Shown here piece by piece: positions 46,126 through 53,908 of a DNA stretch of 53,908 nucleotides (its first letter is position 1; each line of letters opens with the position of its first letter). A program made the translations under genes and the position numbers. The notes beneath the pieces were generated by a model. It had not been told where the DNA came from, ran no database searches, and saw only the letters and a list, made by a program, of their open reading frames with translations. The DNA is from Alphaproteobacteria bacterium. GTDB taxonomy: Bacteria; Pseudomonadota; Alphaproteobacteria; Bin95. The stretch lies in the NCBI GenBank assembly GCA_029978325.1, contig JAPOJR010000004.1, positions 245 to 54,152 on the forward strand, given 5' to 3'.

Positions 46126-47265
46126 TTACGCGGGCGCGAAGACGTCGGCGTTTCCGGCCTGCTGGCGTGCCTGCGCCGTCGCGGCGCCCTTGAACGCCGC
46201 ATCCCGCTGCAGCACCGGCATCACGTCCTTGGCGAACAGGCGCATGTTCAGTTCGCCCTCATGGTGCGGCATGCCACCGTAGGAGAAATCGCAGACGATA
46301 TGATCGGTGCCGGTGAGCCGTTGCAGTTCGCCGACCTGTTGCAGGCAATCGTCCGGCGTGCCGACGATCTGGATCGAGACATAGAAGTCCGTCATCTTCT
46401 TGCGCGCCACCGGGTCTTTCATCTTGGCGTAGGTCTTGGCGGTCGCGCCATAGCTCTCATAGCCTTTGACGTTGGCCAGATGCCCGTCCGAGAAGTTGTA
46501 GTGGTTGTCGATTGAATCCCACTTCGCGCCCAGATACTGCAACGCCCGTTCCTGTGCCTCGTCACGGCTTTCGGCGCAGGAGACATTGGTCAGGATCACC
46601 GGCGGCGTCGGCGTGTGGCCGACACTGATGGCGATGTCGCGGTATTTCTGGATATCGGCGGCGGCCTTGTTCCACTCGTTCTGCATGATGACCATCATGC
46701 CGAAGCCGAGCTTTGCCATAATCTCCGCCGATTCCGGGCTGACGGACGAGGCGTAGAAGCGCCGCTCCGGATGCGACATCGGCCGCGGTCGTATCGACAT
46801 CTTCGGGATTTTGTAGAACTCGCCATCCCACTCGAACACCTCGTCGCGCAGCGCCTTGGTGATGAGCTGGGCGCTTTCGGCGAAGCGCGGGCGGGCTTCC
46901 TCCATGGGCACGCGGAAACCCTCGTATTCCTTGGTCGCAGCACCCCGGCCAAAGCCGAACATGCAGCGCCCGCCGCAGAGCAGATCCAGATAGGCGATCT
47001 GCTCCGCCACTCGGATCGGATCATGCCAGGGCAGCACAATCACACAGGTGCCCAGCGTGATGCGGCTGGTCTTGGCAGCGTAATAGCTGAGCAGTTGCAG
47101 TGGGCTCGGCGACATGGAATAGCCGGTGAAGTGGTGCTCCAGCCCGAACAGAGAGTCGAAACCCAACGGCTCCGCCAGATCGGCGAGGGCGAGGTGCTCT
47201 GCCAGGACGGCAGCATCGGGGCGGCCAGGCTGGGCCAGCACACTGATATCGGTTCCGACTTTCAT
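46126..47265 (-). CDS. LLM-class (luciferase-like) flavin-dependent oxidoreductase
   Basis: AEPLGFDS...EHHF, LPWHDPIRVAEQ...LD...GR...GFGRG, IVGTPD. Confidence 0.92.
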   Translation of the reverse strand: MKVGTDISVLAQPGRPDAAVLAEHLALADLAEPLGFDSLFGLEHHFTGYSMSPSPLQLLSYYAAKTSRITLGTCVIVLPWHDPIRVAEQIAYLDLLCGGRCMFGFGRGAATKEYEGFRVPMEEARPRFAESAQLITKALRDEVFEWDGEFYKIPKMSIRPRPMSHPERRFYASSVSPESAEIMAKLGFGMMVIMQNEWNKAAADIQKYRDIAISVGHTPTPPVILTNVSCAESRDEAQERALQYLGAKWDSIDNHYNFSDGHLANVKGYESYGATAKTYAKMKDPVARKKMTDFYVSIQIVGTPDDCLQQVGELQRLTGTDHIVCDFSYGGMPHHEGELNMRLFAKDVMPVLQRDAAFKGAATAQARQQAGNADVFAPA

Positions 47266-47386
47266 GGGGCGTATCCTCCAGGGCCGGAGCAATCCGGCCC
47301 GATTGCAACTTGTACCATAGGAGAATGCTACGCCATGAACCGGTCAGCGCAACTGCGTCTTTCGCGCGCCCCGAAAACCTGCCCGC

Positions 47387-48301
47387 CTACTCCTTCGGCG
47401 CGTTCTTGCGCGAGCGGACTTCGACGCCGCCGGCCATCTCCTCCATATAGCGGACGATGTGGGTGAAATCCTCGCCGGTGCCGCCGCGTTGCAGGGCCAG
47501 GCTCCACCACTGGCGCATCGGCTGGCCGAGCCACATGGGCACGCCCAGCGCCTCTGCTTCCTCTATGGCCAGCTTGACGTCCTTGTGCATCAGCTCGGTG
47601 CGGAAACCATAGTCGAACGTGCGGGTCAGCACCGATTTCGGGAACTTGTCGCGCACGGCGGTGTTCATGCCGCTGCCGGCGCAAATCACGTCGACCATCA
47701 CGTCCGCGTCGAGCCCTGCTTTGGCGCCCACCACGAATGCCTCCGCAGTCGCAACCATGGCGGTGGCGGAGAGGTAGTTGTTCAACAGCTTCATCATCTG
47801 GCCATGGCCGGCGGTTTCGCCGACGAAAAACGGCTTACCGATGAAGGACAGCGCAGGCTTGTAGCGGTCCCACAGCGGCTCCGGCCCGGCGACCATGACG
47901 GCCAACGTGCCTTTTTCAGCACCGCCGACGCCGCCGGAAACCGGTGAATCCATCTGCGTGATGCCATGCTTTGCCAGGCCCTCAGCGACGGACTGGGCCA
48001 TACGCGGGCCGGTGGTCGACAGGTCGATGAAGGTCTTGACCCGGCTGCCCTCGCAGACCCCGCCTGCGCCCAGCGCCACGGCTTTGACCACGTCCGGCGT
48101 CGGTAGGCTGACCAGCACGCACTCAACGTTGTCCGCCACTTCCTTGACCGAGCCTGCCGCCTCTGCCCCGGCATCAACCAGCTTTTGCAGAGCCACAGGA
48201 TTCTGGTCGAACGCCAGCAATGGGTAGCCGCCGCCCAGTAGGCGTTTGGCCATGGGCGCCCCCATGGCTCCGAGTCCGATAAAACCAAGGCGCTCTGTCA
48301 T
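47387..48301 (-). CDS. beta-hydroxyacid dehydrogenase (3-hydroxyisobutyrate dehydrogenase family)
   Basis: GFIGLGAMG, DSPVSGG, GTLAVMV, KLLNN, F...LMHKD. Confidence 0.92.
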   Translation of the reverse strand: MTERLGFIGLGAMGAPMAKRLLGGGYPLLAFDQNPVALQKLVDAGAEAAGSVKEVADNVECVLVSLPTPDVVKAVALGAGGVCEGSRVKTFIDLSTTGPRMAQSVAEGLAKHGITQMDSPVSGGVGGAEKGTLAVMVAGPEPLWDRYKPALSFIGKPFFVGETAGHGQMMKLLNNYLSATAMVATAEAFVVGAKAGLDADVMVDVICAGSGMNTAVRDKFPKSVLTRTFDYGFRTELMHKDVKLAIEEAEALGVPMWLGQPMRQWWSLALQRGGTGEDFTHIVRYMEEMAGGVEVRSRKNAPKE

Positions 48302-48387
48302 GATGGAAAGTCCTTAAGGGGGATAGGATTGTGGGCGCAGCATACAAAGGCCTGGCCGGTCTGGCTATCGCAACGCTACGGTCGGCA

Positions 48388-50211
48388 TTATCGCCGCGCA
48401 AACAGGCGTTCGATGTCGCTAAGCTTCAGTTCGACATAGGTCGGGCGGCCATGGTTGCACTGGCCGGAATGCGGCGTGACCTCCATTTCGCGCAACAGAG
48501 CATTCATCTCCGCCATGTTGAGCGGACGCCCGGCGCGGACGCTGCCATGGCAGGCCATGGTGCCGCAAACCGCGTCGAGGCGTTCGCGCAGGCCATGGGT
48601 CGAATCCCATGACTCCAACTCGTCCGCAAGGTCGCGCACCAGAGCCGCGCAATCGGTATGGCCCAGTAGGGCCGGCGTCTCACGCACTACGACTGCGCCG
48701 TGGCCAAAGGCCTCGATCACCAGGCCGAGTTCGGCAAGCTCGTGGCTGCGGTCGGCGAGGCGGTCAGCTGCGGCCGGCTCCAGTTCCACCACCTCCGGCA
48801 GCAACAGCGCCTGGCGCGCAACAGCGCCGCCGGCCAGCGCCTTCTTCATCCGCTCCAGCACCAGCCGCTCGTGCGCGGCGTGCTGGTCCACGATCACGAC
48901 GCCATCGCCGGTCTGGGCGACGATATAGGTGCCGTGCACCTGCGCCCGGGCTGCGCCAAGTGGAAAATCTTCGGCAGGGCTGGCAGGGGCAGGCGGCAGT
49001 TCCGCTGCGCCTGCGGCAGCAGCGGCGGGCGCGAGCGGACTGCCCGGCGCCGGCTGCGGCGCCTGGAAGGCGGCTGACTGTTCAGCGACGGCTTGAGTGG
49101 GGTAATCGTTGCGGTAGGGCCGGGTAAACAGATGCGCCAGCGATGCGGAATTGCCGGTGTTTCCACCGGGACGAAATGCTCCCAGTGTGGCGGCTGAGAC
49201 GGTAGAGGCGGCGCGGAAGCCCGCGGCGTCCAACGCTTGGCGCACGCCGGCGACCAGGAGGCCGCGGACGGCGGCGTTGTCGCGGAAGCGCACCTCCGCC
49301 TTGGCCGGGTGCACGTTGACGTCCACGGCCTCCGGATCGACCTGCAGGAACAAGGCAACAGCGGGGTGGCGGCCGCGCGGAATCATGTCCTCATAGCCGC
49401 CCTTCAACGCACCCAAAAGTAACCGATCCCGCACGGCGCGTCCGTTCACGAACAGATATTGGCTGGCGGTGGTGGCGCGGTGGTACGTCGGCAGGCCGAT
49501 AAGGCCGGTGAGATGCAATCCTTCGCGGCGCGCATTCAGCGGCACGGCGTTATCGCGGAATTCCCGCCCCAGCACGGCGGACAACCGGTCTTTCTGCGCG
49601 TCCGGGCCCCGGCAGGCCGGCAATTTCACCAGGTCGCGGTTCTCATCGCGCAGAAGGAAAGCCACATGCGGCGCCGCCATGGCGAGGCGGCGCAGATGAT
49701 CCTGCACCTGGCCGCTTTCGGCCCGCGCAGTCTTGAGGAATTTCAGGCGGGCCGGCGTGGCGAAGAACAGGTCGCGCACCTCCACCAGAGTGCCCTGCGC
49801 CTGCGCCGCCGGTCGCGGCTCGCCGACCCGGCCGCCCTCGACTGCGATGCTCCAGGCCTCGTCTCCGCCTTCATCGCGGGACGTGATGGCGAGGCGGGCC
49901 ACCGCCCCGATAGACGGCAGTGCCTCGCCGCGAAAGCCCAGCGAGCGAATATGGACAAGGTCGTCGTCCGGCAGCTTGGAAGTCGCGTGCCGCTGTACCG
50001 CCAGCGCCAGTTCCGCATGGGACATGCCGCGGCCGTCGTCGCGCACGGCGATCAGCGCCTTGCCACCGTCGCGGATGGTGACCTCTATCCGGGTCGCGCC
50101 TGCGTCCAGTGCGTTTTCCACCAGTTCCTTGACCACCGCCGACGGCCGCTCGATCACCTCGCCCGCTGCGATCTGGTTGACCAGCACTTCCGGCAACAGG
50201 CGGATGGTCAT
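48388..50211 (-). CDS. mutL: DNA mismatch repair endonuclease MutL
   Basis: [27 protein letters not shown], endonuclease motif [24 protein letters not shown]. Confidence 0.97.
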   Translation of the reverse strand: MTIRLLPEVLVNQIAAGEVIERPSAVVKELVENALDAGATRIEVTIRDGGKALIAVRDDGRGMSHAELALAVQRHATSKLPDDDLVHIRSLGFRGEALPSIGAVARLAITSRDEGGDEAWSIAVEGGRVGEPRPAAQAQGTLVEVRDLFFATPARLKFLKTARAESGQVQDHLRRLAMAAPHVAFLLRDENRDLVKLPACRGPDAQKDRLSAVLGREFRDNAVPLNARREGLHLTGLIGLPTYHRATTASQYLFVNGRAVRDRLLLGALKGGYEDMIPRGRHPAVALFLQVDPEAVDVNVHPAKAEVRFRDNAAVRGLLVAGVRQALDAAGFRAASTVSAATLGAFRPGGNTGNSASLAHLFTRPYRNDYPTQAVAEQSAAFQAPQPAPGSPLAPAAAAAGAAELPPAPASPAEDFPLGAARAQVHGTYIVAQTGDGVVIVDQHAAHERLVLERMKKALAGGAVARQALLLPEVVELEPAAADRLADRSHELAELGLVIEAFGHGAVVVRETPALLGHTDCAALVRDLADELESWDSTHGLRERLDAVCGTMACHGSVRAGRPLNMAEMNALLREMEVTPHSGQCNHGRPTYVELKLSDIERLFARR

Positions 50212-50226
50212 CGGCTGGCTCCAGGT

Positions 50227-51528
50227 CTAGTGGCGTGGCGCGATCTGGCTGAGATGCTGGCGCGCCAGCACTTTGCCCTGCTCGACGGCGGGTTGGTCGA
50301 ATGGGTCGATTCCCAGCATGCCGGCAGCAATAATCGTTTCGGCAAAGAAGTGCATCATCAGCGCGCCAACGCCGGCCTCATCGACACGGTCCAGGGTTAG
50401 GACCCGTGTTGGGCATCCAGTGGCGATCAGGGTTTCCGCCGTCGCCCGCTGCATGACATCCATCAGGTCGCCCATGCTGCGGCCGTCGAGGTAGGCCAAC
50501 CCCTCGGCCTTCCCTGCCAGAGCCGTGCGGACAAGGCGGCCGGTGCCGGCGACTGGCGTTTGAATGATGCTGAACAGCTTGTCGCGCGGGCCATCCAGAT
50601 ACAATTGCAGCTGGCTGTGCTGATCTACCGTCCCGACCGCCCGCACTGGCAGGGTGCCTTGTCCTTGCTTGCCGAGCGATTCGGCCCAAAGCTGGCAATA
50701 CCATTGGCCCAGCATCGCCAGCCGGTCGCTATAGGGCATCAGGACTGAGGCCTTGACGCCTTTGACCTTGCCAAGGGCGCATTGGACGGCCGCGCCGATC
50801 GCCGCCGGGCAGTCATCGCCGGTCAGCAGGTCGGCGATGACTGTTTCGGCGCCAGCACGGATGTTGACCGGATCGAGGCCGGCGATTGCAGCCGGGAGCA
50901 GGCCGACGAGCGACAACGCCGAGTAACGGCCACCCACCTCCGGGTCATGCGGTAGCACGGTCATGCCGTAATGCTGGGCCAAAGCAGACATCGGTGAGGG
51001 CTTGGGTTCGGTTATGATCGTAAAGTGGTCGCCAATTTTGGATTCGTCTTCCCCCTCCAGCAGCGCTTCGATGCAGACCAACGCCTGGGTCAGGGTTTCC
51101 GCCGTACCGCCTGACTTGGAGATTGCGATGAAATCCGTACGCGACAGATCGAGGCTGCGGAACAAGTGATCGAATGTATGGGGGTCGATATTGTCGAGAA
51201 ACACCAGCTTCGGTGAATCGCCGCTGGGACCAAAGCCCGAATCCGCCAGCGCGTACAAGGCCTGGCCGCCCAGGCTGGAGCCGCCGGTGCCCAGCACCAC
51301 AACGGTATCCGCTCGCTCGCGGTGATAGGAGGCGCGGTCCTCGATCATCGGGATGTCGTCGCGCCGCTCCGGCAGCAACACCAATGGCAGCGATCCATCG
51401 CGATGGCCCCGGCGCAATTGGTCAAGGCCTGGGGCCGCTCTCTTCATCCAGGCGTCGAACGTTGCGGTTGCAAGCCCGGCCGGCCCGATGCTTGCTGCCA
51501 TGCAGCCGTCAATGTTTTGCTTGTACAT
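50227..51528 (-). CDS. pgi: glucose-6-phosphate isomerase (short SIS-domain type)
   Basis: LGTGGSSLG, ISKSGGTAET, VGGRYS, QLWAESLGK, DQHSQLQ, PFDQPAVEQGK. Confidence 0.95.
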   Translation of the reverse strand: MYKQNIDGCMAASIGPAGLATATFDAWMKRAAPGLDQLRRGHRDGSLPLVLLPERRDDIPMIEDRASYHRERADTVVVLGTGGSSLGGQALYALADSGFGPSGDSPKLVFLDNIDPHTFDHLFRSLDLSRTDFIAISKSGGTAETLTQALVCIEALLEGEDESKIGDHFTIITEPKPSPMSALAQHYGMTVLPHDPEVGGRYSALSLVGLLPAAIAGLDPVNIRAGAETVIADLLTGDDCPAAIGAAVQCALGKVKGVKASVLMPYSDRLAMLGQWYCQLWAESLGKQGQGTLPVRAVGTVDQHSQLQLYLDGPRDKLFSIIQTPVAGTGRLVRTALAGKAEGLAYLDGRSMGDLMDVMQRATAETLIATGCPTRVLTLDRVDEAGVGALMMHFFAETIIAAGMLGIDPFDQPAVEQGKVLARQHLSQIAPRH

Positions 51529-51687
51529 AGCGCGGCACCTTTGATGGGGCGGAATTCGGGGGCGTCTATCAATCCTATGTAAGCCATTCCTACAACAGAT
51601 TCGACCTTTCCTTCCGAATAGTCGGTCAACGGATGACGTTCAATCAGGTGCAAAGGTGGAGTGTCTCGAGTTTCCAAGCACAGACAA

Positions 51688-51718
51688 GAAAAAACCGGGT
51701 CTCTGGTAGGAGACCCGG
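51688..51718 (-). terminator. Rho-independent terminator
   Basis: Minus strand CCGGGTCTC-CTACCA-GAGACCCGG-TTTTTT: 9-bp perfect stem plus U-tract. Confidence 0.85.
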
Positions 51719-51817
51719 CTAAGTCAGAACAGGGAGGCTTAACGTCTGGGAGACGCGTCTGGATCGCAGGCCAACAAGCGGCAGTGATCCCGAACAGCGT
51801 TGTCTCAAATCGACAAC
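51688..51817 (-). ncRNA. putative ~130-nt trans-acting sRNA with anti-SD motifs (alpha-r8/SuhB/MmgR-like 3' part)
   Basis: Four consecutive hairpins ending in the terminator, single-stranded CCUCCCUGUUCUGACUU just before it, and an upstream TTGTGC-N16-TACAGT promoter-like sequence. Family assignment is from memory. Confidence 0.6.
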
Positions 51818-51973
51818 ACCACTGTAATTTGACAGAAATGCTGCACAATTGGAGAGCTATTATTGCCGCCCAGCTATGCAAACGCTGCATGGCTGCTCAG
51901 AATCGGCTGGTCTGCCCCCTTCACCTGCCTATGATAACGGCGAATATCCGCTACATGATCAAGGAACGCCGTT

Positions 51974-53527
51974 ATGAATTGGGAGCCTGAGCTGGAGGAA
52001 TTGGCGCGGCGCGAGGCTATGGCCCGCCAGATGGGCGGGGCCGATAAAGTCAAGCGCCAGCACGATGGCGGGCGCTTGACGGTGCGCGAACGGGTGGAAG
52101 GGCTTGCCGATCCCGGCACCTTTCACGAAATCGGCGCTATCGCCGGCAAGGCGGAATACGACGCCAACAACGATCTTGTGCACCTGACGCCGGCCAACTG
52201 TGTGTTTGGCCGGGCGCGGCTGAACGGGCGGCCGGTGGTCGTCTGCGGCGATGATTTCACCGTGCGGGGCGGGTCGGCCGATGCAACCATCAAGGGCAAG
52301 CCGCAATTGGCAGAGGTGATGGCGAACGAGCTGCGCTTGCCCCTCGTGCGCATGATCGAGGGTTCGGGCGGCGGCGGTTCGGTCCGCACCATCGAGACGA
52401 CGGGCCGGGCCAACCTGCCGGGCGGGCAGGGCACCTCCAGCCGGTTCGACCTGATGGCGACCAACCTGGCGACGGTGCCGGTGGTGGCGCTTGGCCTGGG
52501 ATCGGTCGCAGGTCTGGGCGCTGCCCGCATGGCGGCAAGCCATTTCTCGGTGATGACCAAGGAAACCTCTGCCATGTTCGTCGCCGGCCCGCCGGTGGTG
52601 AAAGGCATCGGCCAGGATCTGACCAAGCAGGAACTGGGCGGCTGGCGCATCCAGACCCGCGCCGGCGGCGTCGACAACGCCGTCGATACCGAGGAGGAGG
52701 CGTTCGATCTGGCGCGGCGCTTTCTGTCCTACCTGCCGAACTCGGTCTATGACGCCCCTCCGCGGGCAGAGCCTATTGCGCCGGCGGATCAGGAGCCGTT
52801 GATCAAGGCGATCCCGAAACAGCGGCGGCAGGCCTATCGCATGCGGCCCATCATAGAGCGGTTGGTCGACGCTGGCTCGTTCCTGGAGATCGCGCCGAAT
52901 TTCGGTCGTTCGATTATTTGCGGCCTGGCGCGGATCGACGGTTGGCCGGTCGCGATCATGGCCAGCGATCCCTACCATTATGGCGGCGCCTGGACCGCGG
53001 ACACCTGTCAGAAGATCGTCCGCCACGTCGATCTGGCCGAAACCTTTCACCTGCCGGTGATTTATCTGGCGGATTGCCCCGGCTTCCTGGTCGGCAAGGA
53101 GGCGGAGGAGACCGGCACCATTCGCCACGGCGTCCGCGCCATGGCGGCAATCAACCAATCGACGACGCCCTGGTGCGCCATCGTTGTGCGCAACGCCTTT
53201 GGCGTCGCCGGCGGCGCACACGTGCCGGTGGGCCGTTTCGTGACCCGCTATGCCTGGCCCAGCGGTTTTTGGGGCTCGCTGCCGCTGGAGGGCGGCATTG
53301 AAGCAGCCTATCGCGCTGATATCGACGCGGCAGACGACCCGGCCGAGGAACTGAAACGCATCGAGGAACGGCTGGAGAAGCTGCGCTCCCCCTTCCGCAC
53401 GGCGGAGGCCTTCTGGATCGAAGAAATCATCGACCCACGCAAAACCCGCGGTCTGTTAGAGGAATTCGCCAACCTGGCAGCGCCGCTCCGCGACCCAGGA
53501 CCGCGCACTTGGGGGTTGCGCCCGTAG
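51974..53527 (+). CDS. acyl-CoA carboxylase carboxyltransferase (beta) subunit
   Basis: MGG...QH..GRLTVRER, DDFTVRGGS, FVAGPPVV, ELGG, LADCPGF, EEIIDPRKTR. Confidence 0.93.
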   Translation: MNWEPELEELARREAMARQMGGADKVKRQHDGGRLTVRERVEGLADPGTFHEIGAIAGKAEYDANNDLVHLTPANCVFGRARLNGRPVVVCGDDFTVRGGSADATIKGKPQLAEVMANELRLPLVRMIEGSGGGGSVRTIETTGRANLPGGQGTSSRFDLMATNLATVPVVALGLGSVAGLGAARMAASHFSVMTKETSAMFVAGPPVVKGIGQDLTKQELGGWRIQTRAGGVDNAVDTEEEAFDLARRFLSYLPNSVYDAPPRAEPIAPADQEPLIKAIPKQRRQAYRMRPIIERLVDAGSFLEIAPNFGRSIICGLARIDGWPVAIMASDPYHYGGAWTADTCQKIVRHVDLAETFHLPVIYLADCPGFLVGKEAEETGTIRHGVRAMAAINQSTTPWCAIVVRNAFGVAGGAHVPVGRFVTRYAWPSGFWGSLPLEGGIEAAYRADIDAADDPAEELKRIEERLEKLRSPFRTAEAFWIEEIIDPRKTRGLLEEFANLAAPLRDPGPRTWGLRP

Positions 53528-53571
53528 GGTCGCCGGCTGCTCCCGGGATCGGGAGGGCCTCAAAATGCTAC

Positions 53572-53908
53572 CCCCGGATCGGCGGAGCAACTCAGCAATG
53601 ATCCCCGGAAGTGGCGGAGCCGCTATCCGGGGCCGGCGTCATCCTTTGATCACCGCCGCCTGGGAGTTCGCGAGACCGGGCGGTCCCGGCTCACCGCTCC
53701 GCGGCGGCCGGGAAACACGTGCTCCTGGATAGAGAGGCGCCGCCGTCAACAGCGGCTCCCCGGATCGGGGGCACCTCAGCTCTGATCCCCGGAAGTGGTG
53801 GAGCCGCTATCCGGGGCCGGCGTCATCCATCGATCACCGCCGCCTGGGAGTTCGCGAGACCGGGCGGTCCCGGCTCACCGCTCCGCGGCGGCCGGGAAAC
53901 ACGTGCTC
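53572..53908. repeat. tandem direct repeat (184-bp period) of REP-like inverted hairpin doublets; runs to the window end
   Basis: 53599-53724 and 53783-53908 match at 123 of 126 nt, with looser similarity leftwards (CCCCGGATCGG...CTCAGC). Each unit has two GC-rich hairpins. Confidence 0.9.

Noticed and set aside
51444-51990. ORFs 51444-51890 (-) and 51661-51990 (+) in the pgi intergenic region
   Set aside because: Atypical composition, no motifs, and they cross a strong terminator; a non-coding RNA explains the region better.
53572-53908. Possible CRISPR array
   Set aside because: The repeat core is 126 bp with only two copies visible, far longer than CRISPR repeats, and there are no cas genes in the window.

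Overview
GC-rich (roughly 65% by eye) bacterial chromosomal segment. Gene content and intergenic repeats look alphaproteobacterial (inference). It holds about 48 densely packed CDS: catabolic and redox enzymes (molybdo-, flavo-, CoA and hydrolase families), transporters, and housekeeping genes (recQ, aqpZ, sthA, mutL, pgi). I saw no rRNA, tRNA, transposase, phage gene or CRISPR array. The most notable locus is an 11-gene divergent cluster at 28190-39330 that looks like an extracytoplasmic, polyprenyl-phosphate-dependent glycosylation system. It encodes a HAD-UbiA polyprenyl-phosphoribose synthase (NoeC-like), two flippase candidates (GtrA and SMR/ArnE-like), two GT2s that both lack a canonical DxD, a GT-C-like membrane transferase, a FAD oxidoreductase/atypical SDR/ketose-epimerase-like trio, and a GMC oxidoreductase with a small Tat-signal partner. 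It has no DprE1/DprE2 pair. Other signals are a probable unannotated anti-SD sRNA upstream of pgi, an FNR/FixK class II promoter buried in the codons of a divergent small gene, an amidase + small subunit + CarB-like crotonase operon, a CGTC-type REP element, and a 184-bp-period REP-doublet tandem repeat at the right edge. All functional calls come from motif recognition only; no searches were run.
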